12,250 nucleotides of DNA from Nanopusillaceae archaeon. Its GTDB lineage: Archaea; Nanobdellota; Nanobdellia; Nanobdellales; Nanobdellaceae. Of this stretch, positions 6,721-12,250 are shown one piece after another (the first letter of the stretch is position 1; every line of letters begins with the position of its first letter). The stretch covers positions 1 to 12,250 of the forward strand of contig JBMFJL010000013.1 of NCBI GenBank assembly GCA_049973735.1. Reading direction: 5' to 3'. Under the pieces are notes generated by a model that saw nothing but the letters and a program-made list of their open reading frames with translations, was not told where the DNA came from and searched no databases. Position numbers and translations under genes: made by a program.

Positions 6721-7299
6721 ATGGCTAAAATAGAAAAGCCATCAATAATTGGAATAATAATTATTACTATTTTTGTAGTTGGATACTTTCTTTTTTCCAA
6801 AACTTTTCAACAAATTAGAGGAGTAAGATATGAAAAAGTAAAAACGCCATATGGGGAGGTAAAATATGAAGTTCGAATACCAACTATGTATGTAAAAGGT
6901 TCTTTTGAAATTGGTTGTATGGATATATGGATAAAAAAATGGTGTTGGTTGGTTGATAAGAGTGTAAAAATTGAAACTGTAGAATTAAGATATACAAAGC
7001 CATTATTTGAAATTTTTAAACCAAAAATACCAACACTTGCAATATGGACTGATCCTGCAATTATTACCACAAAATTAAAACTTATATCACCATCCGGTAA
7101 TGTATACGAATATGTAGATATGAAAGAAGTAAAATTTTATGATCCAGGAAAATATACAACAGAATTTACAACCGACTTTCTAAATGAAGAAGGTAGATGG
7201 CAAGTAACTCTTATTGTTATTGAACATAGAGAAGGAAAAGAATTAAGAGATTCAACTATTGTTGATGTAAGATTCCAAAAAATACCAGTAGGAACATAA
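6721..7299 (+). CDS. N-terminally anchored or secreted beta-sandwich-like protein
   Basis: 192-aa ORF with signal anchor MAKIEKPSIIGIIIITIFVVGYFLF. The remainder is beta-strand-type sequence (e.g. GKYTTEFTTDFLNEEGRWQVTLIVIE). It is the first gene behind box 1. Confidence 0.85.
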   Translation: MAKIEKPSIIGIIIITIFVVGYFLFSKTFQQIRGVRYEKVKTPYGEVKYEVRIPTMYVKGSFEIGCMDIWIKKWCWLVDKSVKIETVELRYTKPLFEIFKPKIPTLAIWTDPAIITTKLKLISPSGNVYEYVDMKEVKFYDPGKYTTEFTTDFLNEEGRWQVTLIVIEHREGKELRDSTIVDVRFQKIPVGT

Positions 7300-7300
7300 C

Positions 7301-7657
7301 ATGCTTCCTATTATTCTTAAAGTGATAATAATCTTATTACCAATTTTATTTATTGCATTTTCTGCTTATATTGTTTATTCTATTATTAATTTATTTATTA
7401 CAGTTTTAGATCTTTTAACTCCAGTAGTTGCATTTATTTTATCAATTTTCATATATATGGAGCTGTATAAATATTTAAAAAGCTTTACTGAATTAAGTGA
7501 AACATCAAGAGCAATTATTTCAGGAATTGCAGCAATTTTAGCATTTATATTTATGGTAAAAAGTTTTGTAAACTTAGTATTAATTGCAATATTTATTCTT
7601 ACAGTTTACTTTATTGTTAAAAATTTAAAGTCTATAAAAGAATTCATTAAACCATAA
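7301..7657 (+). CDS. Small polytopic membrane protein (3-4 TM)
   Basis: 118-aa hydrophobic ORF starting 1 nt after the previous stop. An AGGA lies about 8 nt upstream, consistent with an internal-gene SD. Confidence 0.7.
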   Translation: MLPIILKVIIILLPILFIAFSAYIVYSIINLFITVLDLLTPVVAFILSIFIYMELYKYLKSFTELSETSRAIISGIAAILAFIFMVKSFVNLVLIAIFILTVYFIVKNLKSIKEFIKP

Positions 7658-7684
7658 TTTTTTTGTGGAAAAACGATTTAAAAA
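7653..7684 (+). promoter_or_regulatory. Conserved promoter box 2 (CATAATTTTTTTGTGGAAAA) plus TATA-like TTTAAAAA
   Basis: Same -48..-29 position relative to the ATG at 7701. The dyad is CCATAA-N5-TTGTGG. The box overlaps the TAA stop (7655-7657) of the preceding gene, so its T7 run could also act as that unit's terminator. Confidence 0.65.
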
Positions 7685-7700
7685 AGATAAAATATAAATT

Positions 7701-8576
7701 ATGAGCATAAAAAATCAAGCAGGATTAATAGTAGGAATAACACTAATGATATTAGGAATAATTGGCTTATTAGATGAAATGGGTATAATAGACCTTAAAT
7801 TATTATCAGCATATCAACAAGGAAATCCGGGAATGGGGTTAAAACTATCAATAAAACCAGTATCATTATTCCCATTAGAAGTTGTTGAACCAGGAAAAAC
7901 ATATGAATTTGAAGTAACATTAAGAAATACTGGTACCATGAATTGGGATTCTGCTTGGGTCCATCTCAGAATTCCAAATTATAGAAATACAGGAAAGACA
8001 ACAACTAATGTACCAATAGGAGGAACATTAACTAGAAGCTGTGATTCAGGTGCTACAGAAATTCCAACTGGCTCTTGTAGCGAGGGTGTAGAGGTTGGAT
8101 GGACAGGTCAATGTGTTCAAGGATACGATCATTATGTTGTAGAATGGATACAAAAACCAGGAACTAAAAAATGTGTTGCAGACCATTCCACTTATAGTAG
8201 TAGTATAGATATGAATCAAATTATAACAAAAGTATCAGGAGATGGAAATTTTGTTAGAGATGGAAATTTTGTTAGAATTGATTATGGTTCAGTAAGTGCA
8301 GGAGCAAGTAAAACAACAAGACTAAGAATTACAATACCTTCAGATTTGCCAAATAAAATGTTTAATGACCCAAACGAAATTAATTATGTGCCATTAGTAA
8401 TAACAGGAGGAGCAAGTGCAGGCGGAACAAGAGCATTTGAAACAAAAATTATACAATTGCAAAATGGTGCAGTTTTTGCTTATGAATTTACAGTAAGATG
8501 GATAGGATTAGTATCAGCTGCAATAATTGGCACAGCATTAACTCTATTTTTCAGTAGAAGATTAGGATATATATGA
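7701..8576 (+). CDS. Surface protein with a CARDB/Ig-like beta-sandwich region, a 4-Cys insert and a C-terminal motif + TM + basic tail
   Basis: 291-aa ORF with N-terminus MSIKNQAGLIVGITLMILGIIGLL. LEVVEPGKTYEFEVTLRNTG is a typical CARDB/NEW3-like strand pattern. The C-terminus is FAYEFTVRWIG-LVSAAIIGTALTLFF-SRRLGYI. Confidence 0.9.
   Translation: MSIKNQAGLIVGITLMILGIIGLLDEMGIIDLKLLSAYQQGNPGMGLKLSIKPVSLFPLEVVEPGKTYEFEVTLRNTGTMNWDSAWVHLRIPNYRNTGKTTTNVPIGGTLTRSCDSGATEIPTGSCSEGVEVGWTGQCVQGYDHYVVEWIQKPGTKKCVADHSTYSSSIDMNQIITKVSGDGNFVRDGNFVRIDYGSVSAGASKTTRLRITIPSDLPNKMFNDPNEINYVPLVITGGASAGGTRAFETKIIQLQNGAVFAYEFTVRWIGLVSAAIIGTALTLFFSRRLGYI
8241..8276 (+). repeat. Perfect 18-bp tandem duplication (gatggaaattttgttaga x2)
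   Basis: 8241-8258 is identical to 8259-8276. The duplication is in frame and encodes DGNFVR-DGNFVR. Confidence 0.95.
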
Positions 8577-9343
8577 AAATTAAATTAGAACATTTAGCAA
8601 TAGTAGCAGCAATAGTAGTAGGTCTATATTTAGCTAAGACTTTCCTTCTTTCTTATATTTCTTATGTAAAATTAACATCAGATAGATACCATCTTCTTTA
8701 TGGTAAACCTGTTACTTTTACACTTACTTGCGAATATTATTTAAATGAGGGAGGAAAATATACAGTAAAAGTTGGAGATTGTACTTATAGTTATTATTGG
8801 GCTAGTAGTGGATTAAAAACAGATACGTGTACATATAAAGATAGCATTTTTTATACAGAAGGTGGTAAAACATTTTATTGTGAAGTTACACATGAAAGTA
8901 GTGGGGAAAAGAAAACAGCTTCTGTAACTGTTTGTTTTGATAGAGTTGAAAATTTAAGAGTAAGTCCAACATCTATTACAGTTTCACCAGGGCAAAAATA
9001 TACTATAACAGTTGAACTAAATGCTTATAGTTATGGGGCATGTGCTACTTATAATAAAAAAATTTATATAGATAATAATTTGGTTGATAGTTTTAGTTAT
9101 TTAAGCAATAATTATTATAAAAAATCATTTGAGCTAACTGCTCCAAGCAATCCAGGAACTTATACTAAATACGTAAGGGTAAAAACATATGATGATGCAT
9201 TTGAATTTACCTCAACATCTTTTACAGTAACTGTTACTTCTTCTCAACCATCACAACAATTTGGTTATGAATTTGTATATAGATGGATAGGTCAGGTTTT
9301 ATCATTAATAAAAGAAGCTTTATCATTAATTAAACCTATTTAA
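8573..9343 (+). CDS. Secreted or anchored Ig-like/CARDB-like protein, C-terminal paralog of the 7701 gene product
   Basis: 256-aa ORF in an ATGA overlap with the upstream gene, with an AGGA 5 nt upstream. The N-terminal TM is MKIKLEHLAIVAAIVVGLYLAKTFLL. Ig-like patterns include VSPTSITVSPGQKYTITVELN and APSNPGTYTKYVRVKT. The C-terminus is FGYEFVYRWIGQVLSLIKEALSLIKPI. Confidence 0.85.
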   Translation: MKIKLEHLAIVAAIVVGLYLAKTFLLSYISYVKLTSDRYHLLYGKPVTFTLTCEYYLNEGGKYTVKVGDCTYSYYWASSGLKTDTCTYKDSIFYTEGGKTFYCEVTHESSGEKKTASVTVCFDRVENLRVSPTSITVSPGQKYTITVELNAYSYGACATYNKKIYIDNNLVDSFSYLSNNYYKKSFELTAPSNPGTYTKYVRVKTYDDAFEFTSTSFTVTVTSSQPSQQFGYEFVYRWIGQVLSLIKEALSLIKPI

Positions 9344-9384
9344 ATATATCGATATAATTAAATATATATTTTTCCACATTTTCC

Positions 9385-9416
9385 CACAATTTTTTTATGG
9401 AAAATAGTTATATATG
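9385..9416 (+). promoter_or_regulatory. Conserved promoter box 3 (CACAATTTTTTTATGGAAAA) plus TATA-like TTATATAT
   Basis: Same -48..-29 position relative to the ATG at 9433. The dyad is CCACAA-N5-TTATGG. An extra half-site-like CCACAT lies 10 bp upstream (9374-9379). Confidence 0.65.
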
Positions 9417-9432
9417 AAATATATCTAATAGT

Positions 9433-9705
9433 ATGGAAGCAATTGGATTAACTACAATGCTATCTATAGTATTATTAGCAGTGTTAGGATTGCTAAATGC
9501 AAGAGTTAGAAGGACAGAAGAGCATGTAAAAGATATAGCAATGACATTAGCAATAGTAATGATTCTATCATTCGTACTTGGAACTCTTTTAGGAGAACAA
9601 GTTCTTTTTACTGCAACAGATATAGTTAGAACAATAATTGTAGGAATTGTAGCATATATAACAGGGTTAATAGTTGGTTATGCAAGAGAAAAAGTAACTG
9701 CTTAA
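9433..9705 (+). CDS. Small three-helix hydrophobic membrane protein in its own monocistronic unit
   Basis: 90-aa ORF with three hydrophobic helices. It has its own box 3 promoter and an oligo-T terminator immediately after the stop. Its codon choice resembles the other putatively abundant genes. Confidence 0.8.
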   Translation: MEAIGLTTMLSIVLLAVLGLLNARVRRTEEHVKDIAMTLAIVMILSFVLGTLLGEQVLFTATDIVRTIIVGIVAYITGLIVGYAREKVTA

Positions 9706-9706
9706 T

Positions 9707-9727
9707 CCCTTTTCTTTTTTATTTTTT
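9707..9727 (+). terminator. Oligo-T (archaeal-type) terminator
   Basis: cccttttcttttttatttttt lies directly after the TAA of the 9433 gene. It has the same C/T-rich lead followed by a T-run, an A and a second T-run, as at 6651-6672. Confidence 0.55.
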
Positions 9728-10078
9728 ATGAGAGTATGGAAAATATCTTTATTAATTTTAATTTTTTGGATAATTTTTATCAATGTTTTTTCAAATTATG
9801 AAATAAAAATAGAAGAAAACAAAACAAAAAATTTTGGTAATAGTTCTAATGTAAATATAGGAACAATGGCAAGCTTAACAGTAGAAGTAAAAAGGGCTAA
9901 ATATTTTTTCATTTTTCCAACATATATATATTTTTATAAGCCAATTATTTCAAATTTTAATATTTATTTAGTTCCTGGAGAAATTAGGGTTTTTGAAATT
10001 ACAATTGCATTAATAATTATTACTTTAATTCTTTTTATTTTTGATATTTTAAAGCGAAAAGATTATGAATTAATTTAA
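9728..10078 (+). CDS. Hypothetical bitopic membrane protein (N- and C-terminal TM)
   Basis: 116-aa ORF with N-terminal TM ISLLILIFWIIFINVF and C-terminal TM ITIALIIITLILFIF followed by KRK. It starts directly at the end of the terminator T-tract with no visible promoter, so expression is uncertain. Confidence 0.5.
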   Translation: MRVWKISLLILIFWIIFINVFSNYEIKIEENKTKNFGNSSNVNIGTMASLTVEVKRAKYFFIFPTYIYFYKPIISNFNIYLVPGEIRVFEITIALIIITLILFIFDILKRKDYELI

Positions 10079-10086
10079 TATATATT

Positions 10087-10623
10087 ATGGTTTCAAAGAA
10101 ATTGCTAATAGCTATTACATTAATAGGAATTTTATTAGGAATAGCAATTATATTTAAAGGAAATGAAAATTTAAAAGCTAGTGGCAAATATTTAACAACA
10201 GTAGAAATATATAAAAATGGGGAATTAATATGGAAAGGAAGTAATGTAATAACAGATATAGGATTTAACTTTACAAGAGGACAACTTTTAACACCATTAA
10301 CAGGAGTATCATTAAAATATATTAGCTTATCAAATGTTAGCGGAGTTTGTTCTAATACAGCAACAAATATACAAGAATTAAATGTATGTGGATTAACAAG
10401 AGCTGAAGGAACAGTTACACAATATGGATATAACCAATATATAGTTGAGAAAACATTTACATTAACTTGTGATGTTCCAAACGTTCAAGTAGCAGGATTG
10501 CATTGGGATCCAACAGCACAATCTGATAATAATTTATTTAGTTGTGCTAGCTTTCCAGTAGTTAATTTAGTAACTAATGACCAAATAACAATTAGGTGGA
10601 ATGTGACAATGATAGAAGGTTAA
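10087..10623 (+). CDS. N-terminally anchored or secreted beta-rich protein
   Basis: 178-aa ORF with N-terminus MVSKKLLIAITLIGILLGIAIIF. The all-beta-like remainder contains 4 Cys. Codon choice resembles the 6012, 7701 and 9433 genes. Confidence 0.85.
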   Translation: MVSKKLLIAITLIGILLGIAIIFKGNENLKASGKYLTTVEIYKNGELIWKGSNVITDIGFNFTRGQLLTPLTGVSLKYISLSNVSGVCSNTATNIQELNVCGLTRAEGTVTQYGYNQYIVEKTFTLTCDVPNVQVAGLHWDPTAQSDNNLFSCASFPVVNLVTNDQITIRWNVTMIEG

Positions 10624-10631
10624 CAGAAAAG

Positions 10632-10667
10632 CTTAAATATCTTTTCCATAATTATTTTATGGTAAAA
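10632..10667 (+). promoter_or_regulatory. TATA-like box (TTAAATAT, -26..-19) followed by variant box 4 (CATAATTATTTTATGGTAAAA) that overlaps the start codon
   Basis: The first 16 nt of the box differ from the CAYAATTTTTTTATGG consensus at one position. The dyad is CCATAA-N5-TTATGG, with extended arms CTTTTCCATAA / TTATGGTAAAAG. The ATG inside the box (10659) is the likely start of the next gene. Confidence 0.5.
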
Positions 10668-12095
10668 AGAATAATAATATTAATAATAATATTAAGCATA
10701 TTGCCAATAATATTTGCAGACTCAATAAATCCAAACAATTTAACTATATATGGATATGAAGGTGAAGAAGGGATTAGAGAATTTACTTTAACATTAGATA
10801 CAAATGAAACATGTTATTGGTATATTCCTTCTCCAACATTTGGATATGTTGATATAAGATTTTATCCATCAAAAATTTTGGGTCCAATTCAAACTACAAT
10901 TGCATTATGGTATAAATTAAAAAATGCAGGAAATTTTAATATTACAGCATATTATTGTAATGCATCTTTAAATTTAAATTTTATTGTTTCTCCTAAACCG
11001 ATTCAAACAGTTCAAACTCAAACAAATCAAACTCAAACATGCCCAAGAATAGTTAAAGTTTTTGGTTCTCCAAATCCGGGAAAAACAATAACATTTGATG
11101 TAAGAAATGAGCAATATTTTAGAGTTAAACATTCGGAGCAATCAATTTCACTAACTGATGAAGAAGGGAACACATATAATGTTGAATGTCCAAACGGTTT
11201 TTGCAAGTTTCAAATTCCTGAAACAGTTCAATCAGGAAAATTGGTATATGAAGTTGTTGTTCCTGGTTGTGAACCTTATGTTGGGGAAATAGAAATAAAA
11301 CCTCTTGGACAAATACAAATTAGTGCTCCAAGTAATATAAAATATGGAATAACATTTTTTGTTTATATTTTTGACCCTTTCAAAGGACCAATAAAATATG
11401 CAAATGTAAAAATTTTGAAACCTAATGGAGAAGTAATAAATGCAAGGACAAATGAAAATGGAATTGTTACAGACGAATCATTAACAAAAACTTTTGGAAA
11501 GGAGTTGTATCCAAATATGATTGGACCTTGGAAAATACAAGTATTTCAACCTGGATATGCCCAAGCAACATATGAAATAAATGTAGAAAAAGGAGCGTGC
11601 CCATTTGAATGTTGTGTTAATGAAGAACTTTATGTTGATAAGGAATGTGCTCCAGGGTATTACTGTTTAAATAGGGTTTGTAAATTAAAGGAACTTCCAA
11701 AAATAGATATAATTTGTGACCCATTACCAGAAATTGGAGCTAAATCAATTTGTAAATTATATTCTAATAATACAACTTTAAAAATAACAACAGATGCAGA
11801 TTTTATTTATGCTGGGGAAGCAATAAAAGTAAGATTTGTTGATGGAGAAGCAACAATAAATTGGGATAGAGTTGGAAATTATAAATTAATTGTCCAACCA
11901 GAAGGATATCAAAAAGCAATATTAGAAGGTGAAATTAAAGGTATGCAAATTCCTTTAGGTTTAGTAGCTGCAATTATTTTTATATTATTAATAGTAATCT
12001 TTATATTTTTAAAGAAAAAATATGAAGAAAAACCAAAAGAAACGAGAAAAATTAAAGTTGTTGCAAAAGGAAAAGGTGCACTTGAGGAGATATGA
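10659..12095 (+). CDS. Type I membrane surface protein with CarboxypepD_reg/Ig-like beta-sandwich domains, a QT-rich linker, a six-Cys knot and a C-terminal TM anchor
   Basis: The track ORF starts at 10596, but in-frame M22 (10659) gives a clean signal peptide MVKRIIILIIILSILPIIFA/DS, removes the overlap with the previous gene, and sits behind a TATA-like box. FDPFKGPIKYANVKILKPNGEVINARTNENGIVTDE is a CarboxypepD_reg-like pattern. The C-terminal TM is LGLVAAIIFILLIVIFIFL followed by a Lys-rich tail. Confidence 0.85.
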   Translation: MVKRIIILIIILSILPIIFADSINPNNLTIYGYEGEEGIREFTLTLDTNETCYWYIPSPTFGYVDIRFYPSKILGPIQTTIALWYKLKNAGNFNITAYYCNASLNLNFIVSPKPIQTVQTQTNQTQTCPRIVKVFGSPNPGKTITFDVRNEQYFRVKHSEQSISLTDEEGNTYNVECPNGFCKFQIPETVQSGKLVYEVVVPGCEPYVGEIEIKPLGQIQISAPSNIKYGITFFVYIFDPFKGPIKYANVKILKPNGEVINARTNENGIVTDESLTKTFGKELYPNMIGPWKIQVFQPGYAQATYEINVEKGACPFECCVNEELYVDKECAPGYYCLNRVCKLKELPKIDIICDPLPEIGAKSICKLYSNNTTLKITTDADFIYAGEAIKVRFVDGEATINWDRVGNYKLIVQPEGYQKAILEGEIKGMQIPLGLVAAIIFILLIVIFIFLKKKYEEKPKETRKIKVVAKGKGALEEI

Positions 12096-12250
12096 TAAAA
12101 AAAATTTTAAGATTTCTTTTTGGACCAAAGAAAAAAGAATACTATACTAAAGTTAGGCCAGAAGATTATGAAAGATTAGTAAAAAAAGGGGTTCAATTGG
12201 AATTAGCTGAATTAAGAAGGGAAAATTTAGAATTGAGAAAGGAGTTAGAA
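12092..12250 (+). CDS. 5' fragment of a further gene (continues beyond the window); basic N-terminus followed by a coiled-coil-like segment
   Basis: Not in the ORF track because there is no stop within the window. The ATG at 12092 overlaps the TGA of the previous gene (ATGA) and has GAGGAG just upstream. The frame is open for all 53 codons to the window end: MIKKILRFLFGPKKKEYYTKVRPEDYERLVKKGVQLELAELRRENLELRKELE. Confidence 0.5.
   Translation, partial: MIKKILRFLFGPKKKEYYTKVRPEDYERLVKKGVQLELAELRRENLELRKELE

Noticed and set aside
6807-7070. 87-aa minus-strand ORF
   Set aside because: Antisense within the 6721-7299 gene, which sits at the fixed distance behind box 1.
9345-9356. Perfect palindrome TATATCGATATA just after the 8573 gene
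   Set aside because: A short AT-rich palindrome is expected by chance in this composition. There is no second copy and no stem-loop-plus-T-tract context.
9728-9745. Degenerate fifth box (ttttttATGagagTATGGAAAATA) at the start of the 9728 gene
   Set aside because: It resembles the box only if a 6-nt insertion is allowed. The left dyad arm is absent and there is no fixed-distance ATG downstream.
1-12250. CRISPR arrays, tRNA/rRNA genes, IS elements or terminal inverted repeats
   Set aside because: I looked for regularly spaced direct repeats, GC-rich structured islands and transposase-like ORFs and saw none. The only repeats are intragenic or the promoter boxes.

Overview
This is a very AT-rich, gene-dense window (roughly three quarters A+T by eye) with archaeal-style signals. 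First genes of units have TATA-like octamers about 17-26 nt upstream of the ATG and no Shine-Dalgarno. AGGA/GAGGAG-type SD motifs appear only before internal genes. There are several ATGA start/stop overlaps and hairpin-less oligo-T terminators. I recognise no rRNA, tRNA, CRISPR array, transposase or integrase. The minus strand (943-4929) carries a three-gene operon. It encodes a 1017-aa secreted protein whose N-terminal third is an extreme Cys/Ser/Tyr/Thr/Gly/Pro repeat domain, then a translationally coupled CPBP/PrsW-type intramembrane protease, then a 60-aa two-TM protein. Diverging from it with start codons only 6 bp apart is a SpoIIM/DUF95-like membrane protein coupled to a membrane-tethered winged-helix regulator. 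An all-plus-strand array of about 10 genes follows (6012-12250+). Nearly all encode small secreted or membrane-anchored beta-rich (CARDB/Ig-like, CarboxypepD_reg-like) proteins or tiny polytopic membrane proteins with no recognisable enzymatic domain. Four transcription units in this array are preceded by the same roughly 20-bp box containing the dyad CCAYAA-N5-TTRTGG. In three of them the box sits at exactly the same distance from the ATG. Two adjacent proteins share a C-terminal F-[AG]-Y-E-F-x-x-R-W-I-G-x-V motif. Two others share an N-terminal M-x-[LI]-K-x-Q-A motif. The whole looks like an uncharacterised, co-regulated cell-surface (adhesion/appendage) or virion-structural module of an AT-rich archaeon. 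All functional calls beyond ORF structure are motif-level inferences made by eye.
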